A DNA stretch of 35,028 nucleotides, from positions 1 through 35,028 of the forward strand of contig JBLGBN010000006.1 in the NCBI GenBank assembly GCA_047617745.1. The letters are read 5' to 3'. The position numbers were made by a program, and so were the translations under genes. Shown piece after piece: positions 26,145 through 35,028 of the stretch (position 1 is its first letter; each line of letters begins with the position of its first letter). Source of the stretch: Candidatus Nanohaloarchaea archaeon (GTDB taxonomy: Archaea; Nanohalarchaeota; Nanosalinia; Nanosalinales; Nanosalinaceae). The notes under the pieces were generated by a model. That model did not search any database. It saw nothing but the letters and a program-made list of their open reading frames with translations, and was not told the DNA's origin.

Positions 26145-26216
26145 AGAAGTAGCTTGGCTCGGAATTTATTTGTAAGCTGTGATATCTTCAAAAGTCTCCA
26201 AGGACAACCTTGGGTT

Positions 26217-26861
26217 ATGAAACGATCCGAACTGAAAACCGTTGGACTCAGCACCGCTCTCGTCGTACTGAACGTCCTATTTATGGCCGGACTGGCTCTC
26301 ACGCCAGCTAGGCAGTTCACAAACCTGGCGTTCAGCATCCCTATCGTAGGCGTTGTAGTATTCGGTGCGCTGATAACCGGCGGAGTCTACCTCGCCAAGA
26401 GCGGGATCAGGAACGATTCGGACTCAAAGGCGTACGGCGGGACAGCGATTCTACAGTTCGCATACGCAGTTTTCGGAGCAGGGATAATAGGTTTCCTGCC
26501 CCAGAGCGCTTACCCCGTTGTTCTGGGAGCGACCGCAGCAGTCACAGGTGTAATAGCATTACTGAGCGGGCTTCTTGTCTACGGAACCGATCACAATTTC
26601 CGGAACTGGGGCCGGTACTCGACATACATGTTCCTCGGAGTATTCCTGTTCGCGTTCATCGGCAGCCTCTCACCCATGGTACTAGGGATCGCATTCCTTC
26701 TCGCACTCGGAGGCTTCATAACCTATCTAGTCTACGAAATCTGGGAGATGAAACAGGAACCCAGAAAAATATATCTCAACGCAATCGGCATCTACGTAGC
26801 ATTCATGGGTGTCTTCGTACAGATCCTCCAGATAATAGTAGAGATGTATCTGAGGGAGTAA
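26217..26861 (+). CDS. Bax inhibitor-1/YccA-like 7-TM protein
   Basis: Seven hydrophobic segments; C-terminal AIGIYVAFMGVFVQILQI; ATG 26217. Confidence 0.65.
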   Translation: MKRSELKTVGLSTALVVLNVLFMAGLALTPARQFTNLAFSIPIVGVVVFGALITGGVYLAKSGIRNDSDSKAYGGTAILQFAYAVFGAGIIGFLPQSAYPVVLGATAAVTGVIALLSGLLVYGTDHNFRNWGRYSTYMFLGVFLFAFIGSLSPMVLGIAFLLALGGFITYLVYEIWEMKQEPRKIYLNAIGIYVAFMGVFVQILQIIVEMYLRE

Positions 26862-26862
26862 G

Positions 26863-27588
26863 ATGGAACACAAGGTTAAGCCTGCAGTTAAAGCGCTGAT
26901 AAAGAGGAACGGGAAAATACTTGTTCTGAAAACAGAAACCGAAAACAATCATTACTGGGTTCTGCCTGGCGGGAAAATAGAATATGGAGAACCACCTGAG
27001 GAATCTCTAGAAAGAGAACTTGAAGAAGAAATAAGCTGTACCGCAGAGATTGGAAACCCGGTTGGTATGTACCATTTCTTTGTCGGGGAAAAGAACGAAG
27101 GAAATCAAGTAACGTTGACTGTATTCCAGGCAGAAATCGGTGACCAAAAAATCGATCTCTCCAGTAACCCTGCAGACGAAAACATAACCGAATACCGCTG
27201 GATGAAACCTGAAGAACTTATTGAGAAAACAGATAACGATTCTTTAGCCGAACTCGTGAAAAAGCATTTCAACGATCTCCCAAAACTCGTTAGAGATAAA
27301 ATACCGCAAATAATCAGAGAAAACAATGAAAAATCCAAAACACAGATATTAACTGATGGAGAAATCTTGGACTGGGTTCTTGAAAAGATAGTCGAAGAGG
27401 CAGATGAACTAAAGAACAACCCCTCTGCGGGGGAATTAGCTGATTTACTCGAGATAGTTGATAGATTCAAATCTCTCAGCAATATAGATGAAAACGAAAT
27501 CGAAAATATCCGAAGAAGTAAAGCTGAGAAACGCGGAAAGTTTGAGAAAAATATTATTCTGGAAGAGGTAGAGTCGAAAGACACTTGA
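26863..27588 (+). CDS. NUDIX hydrolase fused to a MazG-like (COG4997-type) NTP pyrophosphohydrolase
   Basis: Nudix box [24 protein letters not shown]-terminal [11 protein letters not shown]...EEADEL...ELADLLE...KRGKFEK. Confidence 0.85.
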   Translation: MEHKVKPAVKALIKRNGKILVLKTETENNHYWVLPGGKIEYGEPPEESLERELEEEISCTAEIGNPVGMYHFFVGEKNEGNQVTLTVFQAEIGDQKIDLSSNPADENITEYRWMKPEELIEKTDNDSLAELVKKHFNDLPKLVRDKIPQIIRENNEKSKTQILTDGEILDWVLEKIVEEADELKNNPSAGELADLLEIVDRFKSLSNIDENEIENIRRSKAEKRGKFEKNIILEEVESKDT

Positions 27589-28874
27589 GTCTAAACGTTC
27601 CGGAAAAACTCATGGAGCACCGAGACCTTTCTGAAGCAGACCCTGAAGTCTATAAAGCGCTGAAAAACGAGATTAACAGGCAGGAAAACGAAAGTCTGGA
27701 GATGATCGCATCCGAAAACTTTGTACCGAAACAGGTGCTCCAGGCACAGGGATCAGTTCTGACCAACAAATATGCGGAAGGCTATCCCGGAAAAAGATAC
27801 TATGCAGGCTGCGAATACCACGATAAAGTGGAGAACCTCGCACGGGAAAGAGCATGTGAAATATTCAATGCCGACCACGCCAACGTACAACCGCATAGCG
27901 GCTCACAGGCAAACTTTGCAGCATACTTCTCGGTACTGAACGCCGGCGACAAAATCCTCGGACCTGTACTATCACACGGAGGTCACTTAACTCACGGACA
28001 CGGCGTAAACTTCTCCGGCGATCTGTTCGACTTCGATACCTACGCAATAGACCCGGAGACAGGAAGGTTCGAGAAGGAAGAGATAATAGATGCAGCGGAA
28101 GAGCACAACCCTGACCTGATTGTATGTGGTTACTCCGCGTATCCACGGGAAATCGATTTTGATGTATTCCGCGAGGCAGCTGACCGTGTAGACGCAATCC
28201 TTATGTGCGATATAGCCCACATATCCGGACTGGTTGCGGCCGGAGAACACCCATCGCCTTTCCCACAGTGCGATATAGTAACCACAACTACTCACAAATC
28301 AATCCGAGGCGCAAGAGGCGGAATGATCCTTTGCAAAGAGGAATACGCCGATGATGTAGACTCGGCCGTCTTCCCCTACTCGCAGGGCGGACCATTAATG
28401 CATCAGATAGCCGGGAAAGCTGTCTGTCTGAAAGAAGCGATGAAGCCGGATTTCAAGGATTACGCTCAGCAGATCAAGAAGAACACCAAGGCTTTAGCCG
28501 AAGGCCTGAGATCTGAAGGGCTCAGGCTGGTTTCGGGAGGAACCGATAACCACCTTGTTTTAGTCGATCTGCGGGAAGAAGATGTAACCGGGAAGGACGC
28601 CGAGAAAGCGCTGGAAGATGTAAACATTGTAGTAAACAAGAACATGGTACCACAGGACCCTGAATCTCCTAGAGTTACATCTGGCATAAGAATAGGTACA
28701 CCGGCACTGACAACCCGTGGAATGAAAGAGGAAGAGTTGAAAGAGATCGGAGAGATGATCGGAAAAAGGGTGAAGAACCCTGAGAAAAGCGATGCAGCCG
28801 AAAATATAAGAGATAAAGTTTCTGAATTACTGGAGGAATATCCGCTCTATGAGGGTTCGGAGGTAGAGTTCTAG
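27585..28874 (+). CDS. glyA: Serine hydroxymethyltransferase (THF type)
   Basis: [38 protein letters not shown] (PLP Lys), [14 protein letters not shown]. Confidence 0.97.
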   Translation: MSLNVPEKLMEHRDLSEADPEVYKALKNEINRQENESLEMIASENFVPKQVLQAQGSVLTNKYAEGYPGKRYYAGCEYHDKVENLARERACEIFNADHANVQPHSGSQANFAAYFSVLNAGDKILGPVLSHGGHLTHGHGVNFSGDLFDFDTYAIDPETGRFEKEEIIDAAEEHNPDLIVCGYSAYPREIDFDVFREAADRVDAILMCDIAHISGLVAAGEHPSPFPQCDIVTTTTHKSIRGARGGMILCKEEYADDVDSAVFPYSQGGPLMHQIAGKAVCLKEAMKPDFKDYAQQIKKNTKALAEGLRSEGLRLVSGGTDNHLVLVDLREEDVTGKDAEKALEDVNIVVNKNMVPQDPESPRVTSGIRIGTPALTTRGMKEEELKEIGEMIGKRVKNPEKSDAAENIRDKVSELLEEYPLYEGSEVEF

Positions 28875-29773
28875 TACTTCGGCACCTTTATCTTGATTCC
28901 GAATCCTTCGCCCTCTAGCATCTCTTCGGAGTAGAATATCTCAGCACCGTAAAGCTCAGATATATCTCTGGCCATCGGGAGGCCATGACCAGAATTAATT
29001 TCACCTTCGTCAAACTTGAAAAGATTATCTGCATGCCGGTACCTCGTCTCGGCTGATTTTGGATCCTCTCCAGAGTATTCATCAAATAATCCTGGACCTG
29101 AATTATAGATATCTATTTCGTGGAAACAGTCTGTTTCATCGACGTTGAGGCCGAGCTCAACCTCGTGATCTATTGAGTAAGCATGTTCCTCCCAGTTTTT
29201 AGCTAGTGTCCATGTAACTAAGCGATAACCGTGATCTAGGTCAAGTTCAGTATCCTCAAATCCTTGATAATCGAAATCCGATACGACAAACCCGTTTCTG
29301 CCATTTAGTTTCTCATAGGTGTTCTCTAGAGGTTCCAGCAGCTCTGAAACTTCAATATCCCCGTTCACATCCCCGTTTTCTACTCTCTGCTGGTATGCTC
29401 TCACATCTCTGGTAACTTTAGCTACTTTCCCCACAGCCTCCTTGATCTCGGTTTCGCTCTGCTCAACCCCCATTATCTTTTCCAGATTCTGGAAGTAAGA
29501 ATCCGATTTTTCAGAATAGGTCATCAAACTCTCAACCACATCTTCCGGAATCCAGGCAACCGTTTCAGCATAGTTATCAGCCATTTCAGCATCGTCAATA
29601 AATTCTCTAAGCTCTCTAACTTCTTCTTTGACCTCGTCTACATGATCTACATAGAGTTGGTGGAAACCGTCAAGAACTGCAAGAGAATTACCGGATTCAT
29701 GTCGTAAATCATCAACTAGCATCGAAAGCTTCCTGAAATCTTCCTCGTCAATATCTACAGCTTCTTCCATCAA
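28871..29773 (-). CDS. Orphan histidine-kinase-like protein (HisKA plus HATPase, no sensor domain)
   Basis: H-box-like [11 protein letters not shown]-box [10 protein letters not shown]1-like IYNSGPG, G2 [11 protein letters not shown]. Confidence 0.7.
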   Translation of the reverse strand: MMEEAVDIDEEDFRKLSMLVDDLRHESGNSLAVLDGFHQLYVDHVDEVKEEVRELREFIDDAEMADNYAETVAWIPEDVVESLMTYSEKSDSYFQNLEKIMGVEQSETEIKEAVGKVAKVTRDVRAYQQRVENGDVNGDIEVSELLEPLENTYEKLNGRNGFVVSDFDYQGFEDTELDLDHGYRLVTWTLAKNWEEHAYSIDHEVELGLNVDETDCFHEIDIYNSGPGLFDEYSGEDPKSAETRYRHADNLFKFDEGEINSGHGLPMARDISELYGAEIFYSEEMLEGEGFGIKIKVPKY

Positions 29774-29858
29774 CTATAGAGTTCGTTGAAAATCTTCAAA
29801 TAGTAGAAGAAGGTCTTGTGAGAAAACTAATTTCAGTCTTACTCACGAAACCCTAAAC

Positions 29859-30875
29859 ATGGAGCAGTACCAGAACCTTGTCAAAAATATTCTCGAAAAC
29901 GCAAACTACAAGCCAAACAGGACCTCTGTCGATACAATTTCAACTTTCAGCCAGTTCTACAGAATAGATCTTTCCGAAGGTTTTCCTCTGGTTACGACAA
30001 AAGACATGTCCGGTTACAGGTGGAATTCACTTATCCACGAACTCCTATGGTACTTCTCGGGTGAGGAACACATCAAGAACCTCAGAGAGGAGACCAAGAT
30101 CTGGGATGCCTGGGCTGACGAAGAAGGACTTCTTGAAACAGCGTACGGAAGGTTCTGGAGAAGATTCCCTGTTCCTGAGGAAGAATCACATCTACCGGGC
30201 GAGGCATGGCCCGACGAAGATCACAGATGGACCAATGAGGAAGAAGATGGTGCGCTTACGTTTGACCAGATACAGTACGTGATCGACCAGCTAAACGAGA
30301 ACCCAAAATCACGGAGAATCGTAGTGAATGCCTGGCATCCAGCAAACGCAACCGTCTCAAAACTACCTCCATGCCACTTCAGCTTCGTATTCAACGTACA
30401 GGACGGAAAGCTGAACACACATCTAACCCAGAGATCAGGCGATACAGCGCTGGGAATACCTTTCAACATTGCAGCCTACTCATTGATCACAAGAATAATT
30501 GCAAAACAGACAGATCTGGAGCTCGGAGAGTTCGCCCACACAATTGTTGACGCACACATCTACTGCGGGACAGAGGAAAGAGGAAAATGGTACGGCGAAA
30601 ACCTGGAAGAGCTTAAACAGAAAGTAAAAGACTGTGAGGCACGGGAAGACTACCTCGAGGTCAGAGAATGGATACTTGAAAATGCTCCCGAAGAAGCAGA
30701 AGGAGAAGAGAAAAAAGACCATATCCCGGGTCTACTGAAACAGCTCTCCAGAAAACCGAGAGAAAGACCTGAAATGGAGGTACCAAATAAATCGATCGAC
30801 GAAATGGAGTACGAGGACTTCCAACTCAAAAACTACAACCCTCACTCTGGAATTAAATTCGGGATCGCAGAATGA
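29859..30875 (+). CDS. thyA: Thymidylate synthase ThyA
   Basis: GFPLVTTK, HELLWY, IWDAWAD, LPPCH, QRSGD..LGIPFNIA.Y, DAHIY. Confidence 0.97.
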   Translation: MEQYQNLVKNILENANYKPNRTSVDTISTFSQFYRIDLSEGFPLVTTKDMSGYRWNSLIHELLWYFSGEEHIKNLREETKIWDAWADEEGLLETAYGRFWRRFPVPEEESHLPGEAWPDEDHRWTNEEEDGALTFDQIQYVIDQLNENPKSRRIVVNAWHPANATVSKLPPCHFSFVFNVQDGKLNTHLTQRSGDTALGIPFNIAAYSLITRIIAKQTDLELGEFAHTIVDAHIYCGTEERGKWYGENLEELKQKVKDCEAREDYLEVREWILENAPEEAEGEEKKDHIPGLLKQLSRKPRERPEMEVPNKSIDEMEYEDFQLKNYNPHSGIKFGIAE

Positions 30876-31366
30876 GCCAGAACAAGACTGCAGAAATCTA
30901 CAAAGAGCTAGAACCCGTTATACAGGAACTGGAGAAGTCAGAGTTCATGTCGAAAGATCTGACTGGAGAGATTGATATACCAAAAAGAGTTATAGGGGAA
31001 GAACTGAGCAAAGCTGCCAGAGAATCTAAGTACGAAATTGAGATAGTGGACAAATGGCCTTACCGATTCAGCAACCCTTACTTTGAGGACTCCGAAAGCA
31101 CAAGTTTGGAAGACATAGAAAATGAAGAAGACCGGTATATCCTTGGGAGAACACTTCAAGTCTTGGAGTCGAAAAAAGAATACAGTAGCTCTGGAATAGG
31201 CCAAAACGAGGCTCAAAGTATTTTCAACCATTTTCTGGACTATGATGATTTCGTAGCTTCAAAGGAAAAAGCCGCAAAACTGGAAGAAAAATTCGAAGAA
31301 CTAGATGAAGTTCAATCCAAACTGGAAAGCCCTAGCAACAAATTATATTACCCAAACGAGGAGTAA
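30872..31366 (+). CDS. Hypothetical acidic protein within the thyA-folA operon
   Basis: ATGA overlap with thyA stop; ends 3 nt before folA. Confidence 0.7.
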   Translation: MSQNKTAEIYKELEPVIQELEKSEFMSKDLTGEIDIPKRVIGEELSKAARESKYEIEIVDKWPYRFSNPYFEDSESTSLEDIENEEDRYILGRTLQVLESKKEYSSSGIGQNEAQSIFNHFLDYDDFVASKEKAAKLEEKFEELDEVQSKLESPSNKLYYPNEE

Positions 31367-31369
31367 AAA

Positions 31370-31837
31370 ATGGAGAAAATAATCATCGCAGCGGTAACGG
31401 AAAACAGAGTAATAGGAAAAGACGGAGATATCCCTTGGCACTTCCCCGAGGATCTGAAGCATTTCAAGGAGAAGACAACCGGACACTCTGTGATCATGGG
31501 GCGGAAAACCTATTTCTCCTTACCTGAAGACTACCGCCCATTGCCCAATCGAAAAAATATTGTTCTCTCACGTTCAAACCCTGATTTACCTGAGAGTGTA
31601 GAGCTGGCGGAGAGCCTTGAAGAGGCGTGGGAGAAAGCTGGACAGAAAGCCTTCATCATCGGAGGTTCCGGAGTCTACGAGCAGACACTCGAAGAAGCCG
31701 ACAAGATGGTTCTAACCAGGATACATGAAGAATACGAAGGAGATACTTACTTCCCAGAATGGAATGAAGAAAACTGGAAAGAAGTGGAAAGAGATGATCA
31801 GGGAGCGCTGAGTTTTGTCAAGTACGAGAGGATTTAG
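31370..31837 (+). CDS. folA: Dihydrofolate reductase
   Basis: VIGKDGDIPWHFPEDLKHFK, IMGRKTY, RPLPNRKNIVLS, IIGGSGVY, GDTYFP. Confidence 0.97.
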   Translation: MEKIIIAAVTENRVIGKDGDIPWHFPEDLKHFKEKTTGHSVIMGRKTYFSLPEDYRPLPNRKNIVLSRSNPDLPESVELAESLEEAWEKAGQKAFIIGGSGVYEQTLEEADKMVLTRIHEEYEGDTYFPEWNEENWKEVERDDQGALSFVKYERI

Positions 31838-33087
31838 CTGAACTCTACATCCCGTTCATCTTCCCGGAAATAACTCTTCAGTTCTGAAACCCCCTCCCGG
31901 ACATCAACCCTTCCGGTGTAATCAAGTCCGACAACAGCAACTACGAAGAGCAGGGCGACTAGAAGACCAATTGATCCCGGGGATTCAGCGAACTGTCCAG
32001 TCAGACCATTTGCCTGGCCCGGTACCTCATCGGGAGGTGTCTGTTCCTGTGTTTGATTCTGCTCCTGGCTCTGTTCATTGGTCTGCTCTGGCTCTGTCTG
32101 ATTCTGATTGTCTTCCGTCTGCTGATCATCGGAGGTCTGCGTATCGTTTTGCTGCGTGTCGTTCACTGTCTGATCCTGAGAGTCTTGATTACTCTGATCG
32201 TCAATATTTACTGTACCGCCACCTGAACTGTCAGGCTCCTCACCGTATGCAGCGTAGGTCGAGAAATGAGGTACCTCGGCAAGAACATAATCACCCCCTC
32301 TATCGACTACTTCAATGCCTTCAGAAGTCCACTCTCCGTTTTCAAGCAGATAGACATCAACATCTGCAAGCTCTTCATCGTGCTCAAATCTTACCGTTCC
32401 GTCGCTAGTTACTTCATCCGTCGAGTTAATATTTACAGTGACTGCGGAAACAAACTCGTCCTCTCCTGGAGGTGTGTTAGCAGCTACTGATTCATGACTT
32501 TCAACCTCGGCAGAACCGTTAGACCCTGAGTTAATCTCAACATTGATGTTGCCTTGAGAGCTCTCAAGCGCAACCTCTGCTGGCTGACCCCGGGTTAGAT
32601 TGACCTTCTGGTTGTCTATAGCCGGAGCCGAGCTAGGACTGGAAAGAAGGCTTAGCTCGAACTGGTAGTCTCCGGGCATCAATCTTGGACTGGAACTCAA
32701 CCTGTAATCAACAGTATTCTCATCCCCGAAATCCGAGGTATCAAAAGTACAGATATACTTCGCATAATCTTTACCACCTGAGAAAGTCCTGCAGTCCTCG
32801 AAACCTTGGGAGTTTAGATTTCTTTCAAGATCAAATTCTTCTCCTGAAACCCTGTCCTGATTCTCTGCTACTTCCAGCTCTGTATTGGAAACTTTCAGTC
32901 TTGTCTCAACCGCAAAATTATCATTGAAACCAGGATTAGTCTCAACATTGATCGAGAACTCTCTTGTCTCACCGCCCGCCATATCTAGATCAAGATCTGT
33001 GGAATCAGCATCAGCCAGCTGAACCGGCTGTGCCATTGCTACAGACGCGAAAAATAGAACCGAAACCATGATCAAACTCTTTCTCAT
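31834..33087 (-). CDS. Membrane-anchored surface protein (PGF-pre-PGF-like domain, Q/T/D linker, C-terminal TM)
   Basis: Signal peptide; AEVPHFSTYA motif; low-complexity linker; GLTG then TM IGLLVALLFVVAVVGL. Confidence 0.8.
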   Translation of the reverse strand: MRKSLIMVSVLFFASVAMAQPVQLADADSTDLDLDMAGGETREFSINVETNPGFNDNFAVETRLKVSNTELEVAENQDRVSGEEFDLERNLNSQGFEDCRTFSGGKDYAKYICTFDTSDFGDENTVDYRLSSSPRLMPGDYQFELSLLSSPSSAPAIDNQKVNLTRGQPAEVALESSQGNINVEINSGSNGSAEVESHESVAANTPPGEDEFVSAVTVNINSTDEVTSDGTVRFEHDEELADVDVYLLENGEWTSEGIEVVDRGGDYVLAEVPHFSTYAAYGEEPDSSGGGTVNIDDQSNQDSQDQTVNDTQQNDTQTSDDQQTEDNQNQTEPEQTNEQSQEQNQTQEQTPPDEVPGQANGLTGQFAESPGSIGLLVALLFVVAVVGLDYTGRVDVREGVSELKSYFREDERDVEFS

Positions 33088-33485
33088 TGAGTATCACCTA
33101 CATCCATTGAATCAACTGTATTTCCATCAATTTTGACATCAAAGCTTCCTGAGCTATCAACTAATTTATTCATTTCAAGATCGCCACCACTCAAAGTTGT
33201 AGCGTTGTAAGTATTTCCTTTCTGAAGTTCAACCCCGGAAACAACTGAAGTAGAATTGACCGAGCTAATACCCAATCTACCCGAATCAATCGATTCCGGA
33301 GAACTGTAATCAAACTCTACAGAGTAAATATTGCCATTCGAATTTGCCTCGTAATCAGTAATTTCTATAGCCGATTCAACATTCGCTGTCCCTGATATAA
33401 CACCAAAACTATCCAGAACCTCAGCCGAACCTAGACCTACAGCTAGGAAAACCGCTGTAACCAAAACCATTTTTCTACTTATCAT
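33084..33485 (-). CDS. Small secreted protein, putative minor subunit
   Basis: Signal MISRKMVLVTAVFLAVGLGSA then EVLDSFGVISGTANVESAI; ATGA overlap with the downstream gene. Confidence 0.75.
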   Translation of the reverse strand: MISRKMVLVTAVFLAVGLGSAEVLDSFGVISGTANVESAIEITDYEANSNGNIYSVEFDYSSPESIDSGRLGISSVNSTSVVSGVELQKGNTYNATTLSGGDLEMNKLVDSSGSFDVKIDGNTVDSMDVGDTQ

Positions 33486-33488
33486 TGA

Positions 33489-33553
33489 AAAGCGGCTCCG
33501 GGAATCGAACCCGGAAAATGCCACCCCCGCTCCAACTGAATCAAAGCTCAGTT
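33489..33553 (-). ncRNA. tRNA-like (acceptor-like stem plus T-arm) intergenic element with upstream hairpin
   Basis: Minus strand: GAGCGG-GGGTGGCATTT-TCCGGG-TTCGATT-CCCGGA-G-CCGCTT; preceded by AACTGAG/TTCAGTT hairpin. Confidence 0.55.
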
Positions 33554-33557
33554 AAGC

Positions 33558-34625
33558 TTAATCTGACGTCTGACCTGAATCAGGTTTGACATCAAGACCT
33601 ACTGTGTAGGTTCCAGGTACTGCTGCGACATCTGCATCTACAACAGTTCCTAACTCTGAATCTCCAGAAGGAACATCAACGCTGTTCCCTGTCTGAACTA
33701 TAGATTCGCCATTGAAGCTGAAACCAGAGTAATAGATGTCATAGACACCATTACCTGTAGTCCCTGTCATTGTTCCGGTGTACTCAATGTCCATCCCGGT
33801 AGCGTTCACATCTACAGGACCGGTCTTTTCAACCTGTCCGAAATCGTCTTGAAGGCTATTTGTTACTTCATATACTGCTGCGTAGTTGCCTTCAAATGTT
33901 GATCCATTCCAAGTTAATGATTGACCTGTGGTGTCAACTGTTGCCGAATAAACTAGGTACTCTGTTCCTGTTGATTCATCCTCTACTCCTAGAACTATCC
34001 AGTCAGGCACCTGCGTGCTTCCTTCGTGATTTGGACCTTCTTCAGCCTGTACTGACACTGATGTCTCGCCAGCAGTCAGTTCTGCTGAATCTGCTTCGAA
34101 CCATAGACCGGCAGAGGCGTGCGCTGCATTTGCATCGACTTGAGCTCTTACTGCTGGAGCTCCATTATAGCTGACGTATTCCGCTTCTGCTTCACTTGTC
34201 TGCGGATCACTGTTTTCTCTAACTCTATCTACTGCCATACCGTTCTCAAGAAGCATGTTACTGACTGTCAAAGCCGATTCATCACTAGTCGAGGCATCAG
34301 TTGTTGGCTCTCCAGTTACTGAACTATCGAGCATAACTGTAACTGAATCATTCAGATTGTTGTTCAGCGTGTTAGTTTCATACGCTGTGTCTCCTCCAAC
34401 TACTGAATAACTCCAAGTTTGGTCGAAATCCGAACTCTGAGCGTCTTCACCGTTCAGAGTTACTGCTTGAGTTACACCCGCATCACCTGTCACTGTTCCG
34501 AAGTTTGTCAGTACTGCTGCGCTTCCTGATCCGATGAGGAATAGTGCTAGTACTGCGATGGTTGGAACTGTCTTGCCTAGAACTTCTACATCGTGCTTGA
34601 GTGCTTTCTTTGCGTGTTCTTTCAT
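33558..34625 (-). CDS. Secreted beta-rich protein, putative major surface/filament subunit
   Basis: Signal ...VPTIAVLALFLIGSGSA then AVLTNFGTVTGDAGVTQAV; C-terminal PGTYTVGLDVKP; strong SD. Confidence 0.8.
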   Translation of the reverse strand: MKEHAKKALKHDVEVLGKTVPTIAVLALFLIGSGSAAVLTNFGTVTGDAGVTQAVTLNGEDAQSSDFDQTWSYSVVGGDTAYETNTLNNNLNDSVTVMLDSSVTGEPTTDASTSDESALTVSNMLLENGMAVDRVRENSDPQTSEAEAEYVSYNGAPAVRAQVDANAAHASAGLWFEADSAELTAGETSVSVQAEEGPNHEGSTQVPDWIVLGVEDESTGTEYLVYSATVDTTGQSLTWNGSTFEGNYAAVYEVTNSLQDDFGQVEKTGPVDVNATGMDIEYTGTMTGTTGNGVYDIYYSGFSFNGESIVQTGNSVDVPSGDSELGTVVDADVAAVPGTYTVGLDVKPDSGQTSD

Positions 34626-34635
34626 TTCAAAATTT

Positions 34636-34642
34636 CACCTCC
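34636..34642 (-). promoter_or_regulatory. Strong Shine-Dalgarno sequence GGAGGTG
   Basis: Plus-strand CACCTCC, 10 nt upstream of ATG 34625. Confidence 0.75.
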
Positions 34643-35028
34643 GGACGTATTCCGAGATTGTTGTTAGAAATGTGGAAAGGTTTTGAAAACGAGATTTGAA
34701 CTTGGAAAAAGAATTACCGTTGAAGTTTACGTTGTTCAGCATTCTTGATTCTCCCCTCGTAAAAATCGGCTTACCCCCAAGTAAGCCTTTAGCATACCAG
34801 TTTGAATAAAACAATTCTTTTAAATGGTTCGGCTCGAAAGGCACGTAGAACTATTTTTACAGCTAAAAGCCTGTTTTAAGCCTCTCTAGACCTGTTAAAA
34901 CCCTCCTAGGTCTAGATCAGCTGCTCTATCTGTTATATGTTAGATCTTCTGATACAGAGAAATAACGTGTTTACAGAAGCTCTAACCCAATTTTAAAGCT
35001 TCAGTAATTTTTACAGGCAAGGATCAAA

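Noticed and set aside
33486..33524. GTG start at 33524 for the small secreted protein
   Set aside because: The extension runs through the tRNA-like structure; ATG 33485 gives a normal signal peptide
34635..34844. 69-aa minus-strand ORF
   Set aside because: Basic, non-halophilic composition, GTG start, and it overlaps the SD of the downstream gene

Overview
Archaeal chromosomal window. The very acidic proteins, compact intergenic spacing and gene set fit a halophilic DPANN organism, most likely Nanohaloarchaeota (inference). In order it holds: the end of the spc ribosomal cluster (S8 to secY), DUF106, DUF4013, cbf5, a structured leader plus tRNA-Ser, two tRNA-Gln genes each with a D-loop (21/22) BHB-type intron flanking a small nuclease-like ORF, parvulin, S13-S4-S11-rpoD, tRNA-Leu, a Tat/Gly-rich protein, a dual-guide box C/D sRNA, dUTPase, non-discriminating AspRS, an unusually short SMC with ScpA and ScpB, Rqc2/NEMF, tRNA-Pro, M32 peptidase, a PiT transporter, a dTMP-cycle cluster (tmk, NUDIX-MazG fusion, glyA, thyA, folA) and a three-gene surface operon. 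The strongest leads are: (1) the surface operon, whose two subunits share an N-terminal motif and are separated by a tRNA-like acceptor/T-arm element; (2) the short-armed SMC preceded by four phased TGTAWTACA palindromes; (3) the C/D guide with plausible adjacent 16S targets; (4) a recurring hairpin family in the tRNA leader and introns. All calls come from reading the sequence and remembered family motifs; no searches were run.
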